In this document: positions 1-12,256 of the stretch, piece after piece
Layout: each line of letters opens with the position of its first letter
Numbering within the stretch: the first letter of the stretch is position 1
Source of the DNA: Octopus vulgaris
Taxonomy: Eukaryota
Reading direction: 5' to 3'
NCBI GenBank assembly: GCA_951406725.2
Contig: OX597815.1
Location: forward strand, 181,288,001 to 181,352,000
DNA: 64,000 bases
Notes under the pieces: model-generated
Told to the model about the DNA's origin: nothing
The model's input: the letters and a program-made list of their open reading frames with translations, nothing else
The model's database searches: none
Translations under genes and position numbers: made by a program

Positions 1-175
1 TCCGTAGTAGATATTTGATACGTTTGGGGCGATTCTTGTACACTGATCCTTTACTTGCTTCCCAGAAAAAAAGTCTGGCGGTGTTAATCCAGATGATCTT
101 TGTGGCCAAATTCTCTTCGAAATAATCCGTTCACCGAAAAACTTTTGAAGTAGCGCCATGGTGATGCGCAGGATG
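1..175 (-). mobile_element. Tc1/mariner-superfamily transposase relic (C-terminal catalytic region, rosa/DD41D-like)
   Basis: Minus strand translates, with one frameshift, to TMALLQKFFGERIISKRIWPQRSSGLTPPDFF-WEASKGSVYKNRP. This matches the WPPRSPDLTPxDFFLWGxxKxxVY motif. Confidence 0.75.
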
Positions 176-517
176 AAGAAAAAAACCTTTTGAACATCAT
201 GTTACAAGCTTTAACGCTATAACCACGTCATTTACTTGTAATCGCTGTTGGTGCGCGGATAATTGCTTAACTGTTCACTTAGATATAGCTGCTATGTAAT
301 AACCACGTAAATATATTCACCTAGATATGGTTGTGTAAATATTGACTTAAATGATTATACAGGCATTCACGTGATGAGTGTTTTAAAAAACATGAAACTC
401 CGTCGTATGCATGTATACGTACACACACACACACACACATATATATGTGTGTGTGTATATATATATATATATATACACATATAAGAGGAAGGTTTGTACG
501 TACGCTGCAAAAATATT

Positions 518-756
518 TGTATAAAAAATATATAAAATGGGACAAGAACGCAAAACATTCAAATAGACGATACGAAAACAGACAGGTCATCCGAAGCTTC
601 TAATCTTCAGTCAAGAACCGGATCATCCTCGAGCCGAAATTGCGAGGATGATCCGGTTCTTGACTGAAGATTAGAAGCTTCGAATGACCTGTCCGTTTTC
701 GTATCGTCTATTTGAATGTTTTGCGTTCTTGTCCCATTTTATATATTTTTTATACA
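518..756. repeat. Long inverted repeat (114 bp arms, 11 bp spacer) in (TA)n context
   Basis: 518-631 is the reverse complement of 643-756 with about 2 mismatches. The spacer is agccgaaattg. Confidence 0.95.
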
Positions 757-975
757 CATATCTATATATAATAATTAATTCAAATTAACATATATATTTA
801 ATTATGAATTCAAAACTTTTAAACTATCAAATTTATTTTATACATTATATTTATATTTTTATATTTATATATATTTTTAATACAATAAGTTCTTTCACAC
901 GGGTATATCTTTATGATGAGTTTGGCTATTAATTTCCTTATATAAATAATAATAATATATATCAAAAAATATATG

Positions 976-1006
<31 letters not shown>

Positions 1007-1581
1007 ATCTTTGTATTTTTCCTCCCTACCACCGCTTGGCACACCCGGTGTTGTAAAGCAAGAACAAAAGTTGGTGAAAATCCGGCTCTACTGCAGTTTG
1101 ATAATTGACCAAATATTTTGTGTACACAATTTTACTATATATGTATGTATGTTTGTATGTATGTTTGTACGTATGTACATTTGTACGTACGTATGTATGT
1201 ATGTATGTATGTATGTATGTATGTATGTATGTATGTATGCATGTATGTAAGTATGTATGTATGTACATGTATGTATGAGGTAGGTACATATATACATACA
1301 CACACACACATACATGCCGCTTTGTGTCTTCGTTACAAACTAACTCCTTCCAAAAAAGAATTTAAATAATTAAAAACAGAATAGAATATACACAAATACA
1401 TACATACACACACACACACACACATGTGAGTGCGCGCGCGCGTATACATACATAGATGTGTGTGTATGTATGTATACATATATATATATATACACACACA
1501 TATATACACATATATATACATACATTAGTACATATATAACAAAATATTAAATAAAACATATGCTTATATACATACATATAA

Positions 1582-1960
1582 GTACGTACCTACATCTATA
1601 TGTATATATACATGCATATATAGGTACTGGACACCAAAAAAAAACACAATGAGAAACGAAAACATAAAAACAGAACCATGGAAACGGACATCTTTTTAAA
1701 CAACGAAAAAACAGGGTACAAGACATAAGACACAAGGAAAATTCCCCCTCTTCAGCCGCCTCCGTTTCGTCTACTCCGCGTTTCGAAGGTAAAGGCGAGA
1801 CACGACTTAGATGAAACGGTCCTTCCCGCAAATAATTTGAGATTTTTTTTGCGGAGGGGCAAAAGTGGTAACAAAAACAGGACAGTAAAAACAATACAAG
1901 ACAGTAAAAATACAAATAAAAATGAAAACAGTAAACGACAGGACAAGTAGAACAACAGTA
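1582..1960 (-). mobile_element. (TA)n-embedded dispersed repeat, family E (possibly Penelope-derived)
   Basis: Colinear with 45557-45985 (gtacgtacctacatctatatg...ggacacc...aacgaaaaaacag...tttcgaaggtaa). Partial relatives lie at 21899-22110 and 37300-37632. Confidence 0.65.
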
Positions 1961-2016
1961 TGTATATGATATATATTATACACGCACACACACTCACACA
2001 CATACATATATATAAA

Positions 2017-2180
2017 ATGTGGTTGTGTGGTAAGTAGCTTGCTTCCCAACCACATAGTTCCGGGTTCAGTCTCACTGTGTGGCACATTTGGCAAGTGTCT
2101 TCTACTATAACCTCGGGCCGACCAAAGCCTTATGACTGGATTTGGTAGACGGAAACTGAAAGAAGCTCGTCGTATGTATA
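2017..2180 (+). mobile_element. tRNA-derived SINE family A, 5' part
   Basis: tggttgtgtggtaagtagcttg...gggttcagtctcac...ggcaagtgtcttc...ggaaactgaaagaagc is shared with more than 10 copies in the window. Confidence 0.85.
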
Positions 2181-2185
2181 TATAA

Positions 2186-2492
2186 AGGTTACAATGACCA
2201 GGGTCACAGCTGATAAATCAACAGAACAGCCTGCTCGTGAAATTAATGTCTAAGTGGCTGAGCACTCCACAGACACGTGTACTCTTAACATAGTTCTCGG
2301 GGAGATTCCACGTGATACAGAGCATAACAAGGCTGGGCCTTTGAAATACAGGTAGTACTCATTTTTGCCAGCTGAGTGGACTGGAGCAACGTGAAATAAA
2401 GAGTCTTGCTCGAGGACACAACACATCGCCGGGAATTGAACTCACGACCTTACAATCACGAGTCAAATGCCCCTAACCACTAAGCCACGCAC
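2186..2492 (-). mobile_element. tRNA-derived SINE family D
   Basis: Minus strand has A box tggcttagtgg and B box gagttcaattcc, then gagcaagac..tttatttcacgttgctccagt shared with 56730-57070. The tail is shared with 53165-53270. Confidence 0.8.
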
Positions 2493-2514
2493 TCAACTCC
2501 ACTACCAATAAATA

Positions 2515-3336
2515 ATCTTTTCTACTCTAGGCACAATGCCCGAAATTTTGGGGGAGGGGGAAAGTCGATTAAATCGACTCCAGTATGCAACTGGTACTTA
2601 ATTTATCGACCCTGAAGGGATGAAAGGCAAAGTCGACCTCGGCACAATTTTAACTCAGAACGTAACGGCAGACGAAATACCTCGGCGGAATTCGAACGCA
2701 GAACGTAAAGACAGACGAAATACCTAATTCTATTTCTTTACTATCTACAAGGGGCTAAACACAGAGGAGACAAACAAGAACAGACAGACGGATTAAGTCG
2801 ATTATATCGACCCCAGTGCGTAACTGGTACTTAAGTTATCGACTCCGAAAGGATGAAAGGCAAAGTCGACCTCTGCGGAATTTGAACTCAGAACGTAAAG
2901 ACAGACGAAATACTGCTAAGCATTTTGCCCGGCGTGCTAACCTTTCTGCCAGTTGGGCACCTTAAAAGTAATTTTTTTACTCTAAGCACAAAGCCTGAAT
3001 TTTTTGGGGGAGGAGTAAATCGATTAGATCAACCCCGAAAGGATAAAAGGCAAAGTCGACCTCGGCGGATTTTAAAGTCAGAACGTAAAGACAGGCGAAA
3101 CACCTATTTCTTTACTACCCACAAGGGGCTAAACACAGAGAAGACAAACAAGGAAAGCAGACGGATTAAGTAGATTATATCGACTCTAGTGCGTAACTGG
3201 TACTTAATTTATCGATCCCGAAAGGATAAAAGGCAAAGTCGACCTCGACGGAATTTGAACTCAGAACGTAACGGCAAACGAAATACGGCTACGCATTTCT
3301 CTCGGCGTGTTAACGTTTCTGCCAGTTCGCCGCCTT
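2515..3336 (-). mobile_element. tRNA-derived SINE family B (Meta-domain-like), two adjacent multimeric copies
   Basis: Head ggcggcgaactggcagaaacg, B box gagttcaaattcc and central gcctttcatcctttcggggtcgataaattaagtaccag, with internal tandem units. Confidence 0.85.
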
Positions 3337-3593
3337 CGTTCAAGTAATCTTTGTTAGATCGAAGGGAAAAATATGCGACAAAAAGTCTGCCCCAAATTGA
3401 GAGCCTACTTGAAGGAAGGCAGAAAAAAGTCAGTTATAAAATACCAACATGCTCACGATTACAATAACGATATAAGCAACAATCACAAATACAACGACAA
3501 CCACAATTGTTGAAAAAAAGCAGCAATAATTATGCACCAACCCAATAAAAGAAATCATGTACAAAAGTATCAGTCGACTATTAGGTTGATATA

Positions 3594-3816
3594 TATTTCT
3601 TTATTGCCCACAAGGGGATAGACATAGACGGGACAAACAAAGTGATTAAGTCGATTACATCGGCCCCAGTGCGTAACTGGTCCTTAATTTATCGACCCCG
3701 AAAGGATGAAAGGCAAAGTAGACCTCGACGGAATTTGAACTTAGAACGTAACGGCAGACAAAATACGGCTACGCATATCGCCCGGCGTGCTAACGTTTCT
3801 GCCAGCTCGCCGCCTT
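3594..3816 (-). mobile_element. SINE family B monomer with 21 bp target-site duplication
   Basis: Flanked by gtcgactattaggttgatata (3573-3593) and gtcaactattaggttgatata (3817-3837). Confidence 0.9.
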
Positions 3817-6800
3817 GTCAACTATTAGGTTGATATAGTCGACTGTAGCTCTCTAACCTCTCTGCCTGCCTAAGAAATTGTTGTTTTTGCTGCAGTGCTG
3901 TTAATGTTACTGCCTGCCACTCTTGTTTGGAAACTGTATTTTATCTGTTACGAAACCAACCCTCAAATTTGACAGCTGAAAATGGCTGTTTAACATGAGT
4001 GTAAATTTTTTTCATTCGGTCTTCGCTGACACTTGAACAACTTTAGATCTAAGAGTACATGCTGACACTGACGTCATTTTCATGGCAAGACTTGGTGGTT
4101 GTGCTTGATGATAATAACGATGCTGTCTTGCGATACACTAACACAATTACGTACCTTATAACACAGAGATAATATTTGAAAGAGAATGGAGTATCAGGTT
4201 TCGCAGATGGGGCAAAGGCGGTGGGTGAATTATCTGGGCTTTTAATATTTTAAAGCGATATAGGGATCTCTTTGCTACAAAACCCCACCTCCACCCAAAA
4301 TGCAACTTGTACCTCCAGAGATAATATTTGAATAAAGTCTCATGTTTCGTTGATAGAAAAAGGTTCCCCTTTTCATTTATTGTTTATAAGATGGATTAAC
4401 CCTTTGTGTTTTAATTCTTATTCAATACTTTTGATACTGCACTAACATGTTTTGCAAGCCTTATTTGAGGTTAATAACCGTTTGTTCGCTGTTCAGCACG
4501 ACTCGTTCGTTGAAAGGTGCTGAGACGAAAAGGCTCGCTTATATATGTTCAAAGTGACATACTTCGAATAACAACAGCTGTGCAATCTGTTTAGCCGTTT
4601 GTATTGACAACAGGATTTGTTCTCCGAGATGGAGAATCTAAATGGTAACGACACTGGCAGCAGAAATGACAACAACATCGATAGTTGCAGCGCGGTGAAC
4701 TCCTCGTTTCCTACTCTGACGTGCATAGTAAGAGAGGAGTCTACCACACTGCCGCCACCTTCTTGACTTTCGTTTTCCTTACGAGTAACAGAACAAATGG
4801 GGAAAAAAAAAAATAAATAAACGACATGGTTAGGAGTTGCTGGAGAGGACCATAAAAACTACACGAAAGTCATACTCGGTAGCGTGAAGAAAGGAACGTT
4901 CGTTGAGGCGACGGAGTAACCTTTGTTGCCAGTGCTTCTGTTCGCCTTGAATGCTGACTTTAAAATCTCTTTATCTACGAGATGAACCAACGCTGAAGCC
5001 TCTACAAGATACGCTCTATAAACGGGAAATAACAGCCAAATCGCCCTCAGCACAAATCGTGCTGTCTCTAAATAATAAAGATACTTAAGATAACGTAGAA
5101 CAGAGTGCATATGATTTAAAGAAAGCTGTGAATGAACTTTTTTACTCGTTGAGAGCCAACTGAGGGATAAGAAAGAACATTCTCCTCCTCCTTCTCCTCC
5201 TCCTCCTCATCATCATCGTCGTCATCGTCGTCCTCCTCATCATCATCCTCATCATCATCGTCGTCGTCATCATCGTCATCATCATCATCATCGTCATCAT
5301 CATCATAAACAACAACAATGAAAAGGCCTGCCAAGTAACATGTACAGCGGTAGAGAACGACTAGAATTTGTTTCTAATCAACATTTTGTGGTCATTTGCA
5401 AAGGAACATCATCGGATAAGCGATTTCTACCGACGAAAAAAAAGTAATAAACTACAGCTTCGATATTTACTGTGCATGCTGTGAGACCCCCCCACCTCTT
5501 ACAGCAGCGCGGCTTTTGAAAACACGGTCTGCTCCATCTAGTTTTCCACAAACGAATCTCGCACCCAGTATACCTATTTCTTTACTACCCACATGGGGTT
5601 AAACACAGAGGGGACAAACAAGGACAGACAAACGGATTAAGTCGATTACATCGGCCCCAGTGCGTAACTGGTCCTTAATTTATCGACCCCGAAAGGATGA
5701 AAGGCAAAGTAGACCTCGACGGAATTTGAAGTCAGAACGTAACGGCAGACAAAATACGGCTACGCATATAGCCCGGCGTGCTAACGTTTCTGCCAGCTCG
5801 CCGCCTTGTCAACTATTAGGTTGATATAGTCGACTGTAGCTCTCTAACCTCTCTGCCTGCCTAAGAAATTGTTGTTTTTGCTGCAGTGCTGTTAATGTTA
5901 CTGCCTGCCACTCTTGTTTGGAAACTGTATTTTATCTGTTACGAAACCAACCCTCAAATTTGACAGCTGAAAATGGCTGTTTAACATGAGTGTAAATTTT
6001 TTTCATTCGGTCTTCGCTGACACTTGAACAACTTTAGATCTAAGAGTACATGCTGACACTGACGTCATTTTCATGGCAAGACTTGGTGGTTGTGCTTGAT
6101 GATAATAACGATGCTGTCTTGCGATACACTAACACAATTACGTACCTTATAACACAGAGATAATATTTGAAAGAGAATGGAGTATCAGGTTTCGCAGATG
6201 GGGCAAAGGCGGTGGGTGAATTATCTGGGCTTTTAATATTTTAAAGCGATATAGGGATCTCTTTGCTACAAAACCCCACCTCCACCCAAAATGCAACTTG
6301 TACCTCCAGAGATAATATTTGAATAAAGTCTCATGTTTCGTTGATAGAAAAAGGTTCCCCTTTTCATTTATTGTTTATAAGATGGATTAACCCTTTGTGT
6401 TTTAATTCTTATTCAATACTTTTGATACTGCACTAACATGTTTTGCAAGCCTTATTTGAGGTTAATAACCGTTTGTTCGCTGTTCAGCACGACTCGTTCG
6501 TTGAAAGGTGCTGAGACGAAAAGGCTCGCTTATATATGTTCAAAGTGACATACTTCGAATAACAACAGCTGTGCAATCTGTTTAGCCGTTTGTATTGACA
6601 ACAGGATTTGTTCTCCGAGATGGAGAATCTAAATGGTAACGACACTGGCAGCAGAAATGACAACAACATCGATAGTTGCAGCGCGGTGAACTCCTCGTTT
6701 CCTACTCTGACGTGCATAGTAAGAGAGGAGTCTACCACACTGCCGCCACCTTCTTGACTTTCGTTTTCCTTACGAGTAACAGAACAAATGGGGAAAAAAA

Positions 6801-7645
6801 AAAAAAATAAATAAACGACATGGTTAGGAGTTGCTGGAGAGGACCATAAAAACTACACGAAAGTCATACTCGGTAGCGTGAAGAAAGGAACGTTCGTTGA
6901 GGCGACGGAGTAACCTTTGTTGCCAGTGCTTCTGTTCGCCTTGAATGCTGACTTTAAAATCTCTTTATCTACGAGATGAACCAACGCTGAAGCCTCTACA
7001 AGATACGCTCTATAAACGGGAAATAACAGCCAAATCGCCCTCAGCACAAATCGTGCTGTCTCTAAAAAATAAAGATACTTAAGATAACGTAGAACAGAGT
7101 GCATATGATTTAAAGAAAGCTGTGAATGAACTTTTTACTCGTTGAGAGCCAACTGAGGGATAAGAAAGAACATTCTCCTCCTCCTCCTCCTCCTCCTCCT
7201 CCTCCTCCTCCTCCTCATCATCATCGTCATCGTCCTCCTCATCATCATCCTCATCATCATCGTCGTCGTCATCATCGTCATCATCATCATCATCGTCATC
7301 ATCATCATAAACAACAACAATGAAAAGGCCTGCCAAGTAACATGTACAGCGGTAGAGAACGACTAGAATTTGTTTCTAATCAACATTTTGTGGTCATTTG
7401 CAAAGGAACATCATCGGATAAGCGATTTCTACCGACGAAAAAAAAAGTAATAAACTACAGCTTCGATATTTACTGTGCATGCTGTGAGACCCCCCCCACC
7501 TCTTACAGCAGCGCGGCTTTTGAAAAACACGGTCTGCTCCATCTAGTTTTCCACAAACGAATCTCGCACCCAGTATACCTATTTCTTTACTACCCACATG
7601 GGGTTAAACACAGAGGGGACAAACAAGGACAGACAAACGGATTAA
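3644..7645. repeat. Near-identical ~2 kb tandem segmental duplication (about 3644-5634 and 5635-7645)
   Basis: Near-identical ORF translations are offset by 1991-2002 bp (4493/6484, 4859/6853, 5334/7336). The copies differ mainly in homopolymer and microsatellite length. Confidence 0.95.
5572..5807 (-). mobile_element. SINE family B, chimeric copy at the duplication junction
   Basis: The left part carries variants of the 7576 copy and the right part carries variants of the 3594 copy. Confidence 0.85.
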
Positions 7646-7812
7646 GTCGATTACATCGACCCCAGTGCGTAACTGGTACTTAATTTATCGACCCCGGAAG
7701 GATGAAAGGCAAAATCGACCTCGGCGGAATTTGAACTCAGAACGTAACGGCAGACGAAATACGGCCACGCATTTCGCCCGGCGTGCTAACGTTTCTGCCA
7801 GCTCACCGCCCT
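7576..7812 (-). mobile_element. SINE family B monomer
   Basis: Full head and body. Short flanking repeat tatacc. Confidence 0.85.
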
Positions 7813-8242
7813 TTATACCGCGACTGTGGTGTATACCACAAGCAATGGCGATAAGTAACTTCGTTTTTGAGACACGACAGGCCCCGGCTTTGTGTGCATC
7901 AATTATTGTTGCTTATCTCACTTCTTTTGCGGGAAGGAATCGCAAAATATTTGTACCACCGCAGCAAGCTGTAAGACTGGGTTTTCCCTTACATGTTAGT
8001 GAAGTCATAAAAGAAGGCCTATTTCTCCGACTGTAGTGTGTGACAGTATTTGTTCCAATCCGCCTCCTTGCAGCCCACCAAGAACAGATTGGTAACTAAG
8101 GGCATCTCTACAGCAAATAATGAACGACATTTTGTCGTCTGTAAGTTGCTCTGTCTCCAGAAAACGGCCGACCCTCAAATTTTCTTTGCAGGCCTTTTGC
8201 TCAGCGTTCACTGTTAAGAAGACAAGTACCAAAGGAAGAAAT

Positions 8243-8685
8243 TCTTTTCTACTCTAGGTACAAGGCCCGAAATTTTGGGGGAGGGGGCCAGTCAATTAGA
8301 TCGACCTCACTACGCACCTGGTACTTAATTTATCGATCCCGAAAGGATGAAAGGCAAAGTCGACCTCGGCGGAATTTGAACTCAGAACGTAACGGTAGAT
8401 GAAATACCTATTTCTATTTTTTTACTACCCACAAGAAGCTAAACACAGAGAGGACAAAAAAGGACAGACAAACGGATTAAGTCGATTATATCGACCCCAG
8501 TGCGTATCTGGTACTTAATTTATCGATCCCGAAAGGATGAAAGGCAAAGTCGACCTCGGCGGAATTTGAACTCAGAACGTAACGGCAGATGAAATACCTA
8601 TTTCTATTTCTTTCTACCCACAAGGGGCTAAACACAGAGAGGACAAAAAAAGGACAGACAAATGGATTCAGTCGATTTTATCTCA
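8243..8685 (-). mobile_element. SINE family B multimer, head missing
   Basis: Two body units. The left flank duplicates the left flank of the 9548 copy. Confidence 0.8.
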
Positions 8686-9547
8686 GTTTCGCCATTCTTT
8701 AATGAATGGGTTTTCCTTCCCTTGACTTAAGTATTAAAACAAAGCATATAACCATTATCAGGATCAATCCCGTATCGTCGACAACTTCCGATGAGGATGA
8801 TTTAGTGATTTTCAAGAAGGAAAACTTAACTGTGGGCGTTGCAAGTGTTCATGGTGGTCATTAATTTCGATAGCAGTCTATCTTGAAAACAATGACCCCA
8901 CCCCAAAAGAGCTCATAAAATAGATTTCGATCTGATCGCACGTACGTTTCGCTAATGGAATATTACTACGGTCTACTGATAATGGCGACGACGCAAACAA
9001 CAACCAACGTTGCCCACCCAGCGGCGGTGGGTGTAGTGATGCTGTCACGTACCTCAACGCTGAGCAAAATGCCTGCAAAGAAAATTTAAGAGTCGGCCGT
9101 TTTCTGGAGACAGTGCAACTTACAGACGACAAAATGTCGTTTATTATCTGCTGTAGAGATGCCCTTAGTTACCAATCTGTTCTTGAAGGGCGGTAAGGAG
9201 GTGGATTGGAACAAATTTTAAGACTTATAATCTAAGATATAGTATTAGAGAAAATATTTCTCACCAGAATAAAAAAAAAAACTGACTTGTGACGAGTCCA
9301 GAGCTTCTTCATGCAGCTGAATTTGCAGTCATGCGTTCATCTAGTGGCATGCAGCTGGTCTGCACATTTCCTCCAGGAATGTTCGTTATCTAGTTTCTAA
9401 GGCAGCTGGAATGTTAGCTATAAACAAATTAGAATGCTAAAAAGCAAGTGTCACCAGTTGGCAGACGAAAAGCATGGAAATGATGGAAAATAGTCCACGC
9501 CTCAGGTATCTATCACTGTTAACAAGACAAATACCAAAGGAAGAAAT

Positions 9548-10136
9548 TCTTTTCTACCCTAGGTACAAGGCCCGAAATTTTGGGGGAGGGGGCCAGTCAA
9601 TTAAATCGACCTCAATACGCAACTGGTACTTAATTTATCGATCCCGAAAGGATGAAAGGCAAAGTCGACCTCGGCGGAATTTGAACTCAGAACGTAACGG
9701 CAGATGAAATACCTATTTCTATTTCTTTACTACCCTCAAGGGGCTAAACACAGAGAGGACAAACAAGGACAGACAAACGGATTAAGTCGATTATATCGAC
9801 CCTAGTGCGTAACTGGTATTTAATTTATCGACACCGGAAGGATGACGGGCAAAGTCGACCTCGGCGGAATTTGAACTCAGAACATAAAGACAGACGAAAT
9901 ACCCATTTCTTTATTATCCACAAGGGGCTAAACATAGAAGGGACAAACAAGGACAGACATAGGTATTAAGTCGATTACATCGACCCCAGTGCGTAACTGG
10001 TACTTAATTTATCGACCCCGAAAGGATGAAAGGTAAAGTCGACCTCGGCGGAATTTGAACTCACAACGTAACGGCAGACGAAATACCGTTAAGCATTTCG
10101 CCCAGCGTGCTAACGTTTCTGCAGGCTCGCTGCCTT
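9548..10136 (-). mobile_element. SINE family B trimer with TSD
   Basis: Three tandem units, flanked by caaaggaagaaatt on both sides (about 9534-9547 and 10141-10154). Confidence 0.9.
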
Positions 10137-11204
10137 GTGTCAAAGGAAGAAATTGGAGCCCTTCTTATTGCGACACTGAAGGACCACCACAAAACACACT
10201 TTAGATGCAACATGAAGAGAGCACGGTCTCTTCAATGAAGCTCGTAAGTCGGAGGTTCGAAGAAAATCAGATTCATCTTAGTTCCCTTTATAATGCAGAA
10301 TGGCACGGCTTGGATCCCACGGAAGGAACTGTAATCGGCCTCGGTAGCAGTATGGTTAGAAAGTAGAAATTAGAGGAATTGAAGGAAAGAGTATTGCTTG
10401 CAAGAGACGTTCCAGTTAAATTTGACTCGACATGTGGAAATTTTGGCAGTTTGGCCCACGATCAGATTGTCACTATCAGGTGGTGTTTGATATTTCTTAG
10501 ACGTTGGAGCAAGCTATTTTGTTCGCCCCGGTAACAGACGAGTCTTCGGTTCGCCTCGTGTGAGACCGGTGTCTGTACGCTGTTGCGGACGAGTTAGTCG
10601 ATGGAAAAAACGTAGAACTTTCCAGTTGGGCGGGAAGCTGAAAACCGAACTGCACATTTCAGATAAGTTTATACGTCAGCGAGTGCACGCGTGCTACTTT
10701 GGAGATGTCATCGGGAACGTTTTCCGTTTGCTATTAGTATGGCGATTAAATTTTCCTAGAAGTGTGACGGCAATGAAACCTTTGAGCGGGCAGGCTTACT
10801 GCTGATGCTAATACCTTGAAAGGCAGACAAATCTGCAGATGAGGAGGTTAAACCAACTTGTTTTGTTAGTTTTTCTTTATAGCCAATTATTTGCTCCTTT
10901 ACGACAAAACAAAAACAAAGGCAACTTGTAACTCCCGAGATAATATCAGAAGAACAATTGAGTTTCATATTTCGTTCATAGAAAAATAAGATCGTTGACC
11001 TTAGTCTCATCTTTCTTTTGCAACATATAAGATCGTTTAACTCTTTAAAGTTCAACATTTACATATTCTAGTGCAGCTGCAGAATACATAACCAGTGTTT
11101 GATAAGAATATCTGATGTTTAATTATCTGGCATTTTGGAGATGCACTTCAAGCTGGTCTAAAGAGTGGCAAGCTAATTAAAACCAATCGTTAATTCTTTT
11201 ATCA

Positions 11205-11640
11205 TTTATCTTTCTCCAAGTTTCATTCATTCGAATACGGTCATGCTGGAGCACTGCCTTGAAATATTTTTAGTCGAATGAATCGACTCCAGCCCTTTTT
11301 TTTTTTGTTTTTGTAAAGTTTGGTACTTAGTCTACCGGTGACTTTTTCCGAACTGCTAAGTTATGGGGAAGTAAACTCACCAACAACGATTGTTAAACGG
11401 TGATGAGGGATATATACAGACACAATGTCACACATACACACACACGCACACATATACACACAAGTGCGCGTGCGCCTGACGAGGTTTCTTTCAGTTTCCG
11501 TCTACCATATCCACTCACAAGACTTTGGTCGGTCTGAGGCTATTGTAGAAGACACTTGCCCAAGGTGCCACGTAGTGGGACTGAACCCAGAACCATGTGG
11601 TTGGGAAACAAACTTCTTATCACTCAGCCACGCCTGCTCC
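11205..11640 (-). mobile_element. SINE family A, diverged full-length copy
   Basis: Reverse complement of the family A head, internal (CA)n and tail. Confidence 0.8.
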
Positions 11641-11655
11641 TAATTATTGAAATCG

Positions 11656-11728
11656 ACTATTCGACTATCTGTTGTCCAAAGGATGTTACTTAAAGTAACA
11701 TCCTTTGGACAACAGATAGTCGAATAGT
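11656..11728. repeat. Perfect 73 bp palindrome (36 bp arms, 1 nt centre)
   Basis: actattcgactatctgttgtccaaaggatgttactt-a-aagtaacatcctttggacaacagatagtcgaatagt. Confidence 0.95.
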
Positions 11729-11769
11729 TTATTGTCGGTTATTCTCTCAACGTTTTACCAAAAGGGATA

Positions 11770-11976
11770 ACCAACCGGCGGGTTAATTCACTAACCCGGA
11801 ACCCAATTTCCATCCAATCATCATGTATATTTTAAACTCCCATCCGTAAAATATATGTAAATCCATCTGTCTTATCATTTGTATATAAGAAGCGTGTTTG
11901 CATCCTACATGTCCCTTGTTTGTCTTTGTAACGTCCCTCTATGTAAACCTTTTTATAGGTAAATAAAGAAATATAT
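11770..11976 (+). mobile_element. 3' UTR fragment of an L1/Tx1-type LINE
   Basis: ccggcgggttaa..aacccggaac and tttgtaa.gtccctctatgta match the 3' UTR that follows the ORF2 C-terminus at 13073-13660. Confidence 0.55.
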
Positions 11977-12033
11977 TCTCCCAACTTTTGAAATGCGCTG
12001 CGATAAAAATGATATGGTCCTTAGTGTTATTAA

Positions 12034-12256
12034 CCAATTAAGTCCCAGAGTACTTAAATTTCTGAATATTACTTTTAAATTTTTACAGATGATTAAAAAT
12101 AGGTTAAAAGGAACAAAATAATTAGTAAAACTCCTTTACTTCAAGTAGAAATGGAAGTACTCGGTGTCCTATAAATAGGACACCAAGACAATGTGATATA
12201 GCTTATTTAATGTTCTCATTTCGTGTCCTATTTATAGGACAGTGGGTCTTAATAGG
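12034..12256. mobile_element. piggyBac-like MITE
   Basis: ttaa|ccaattaagtcccag ... tgggtcttaatagg|ttac gives imperfect TIRs starting CC, with TTAA/TTAC flanks. Two internal gtgtcctat-ataggaca palindromes. Confidence 0.5.

Larger units (their letters stand above)
4490..10850 (+). pseudogene. Decayed, apparently intronless ORF of unknown identity, interrupted by SINEs, duplication and inversion
   Basis: Long protein-like plus-strand frames are broken by isolated stops and frameshifts. The frame continues across the SINE at 7576-7812 once the tatacc TSD is removed (..HKRISHPV|YRDCGVYHKQWR*VTSFLRHD..). No family recognised. Confidence 0.4.

Noticed and set aside
5116-5334. Acidic poly-D/E protein on the minus strand
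   Set aside because: It is a trinucleotide repeat read antisense, and the flanking coding-like signal is on the plus strand.
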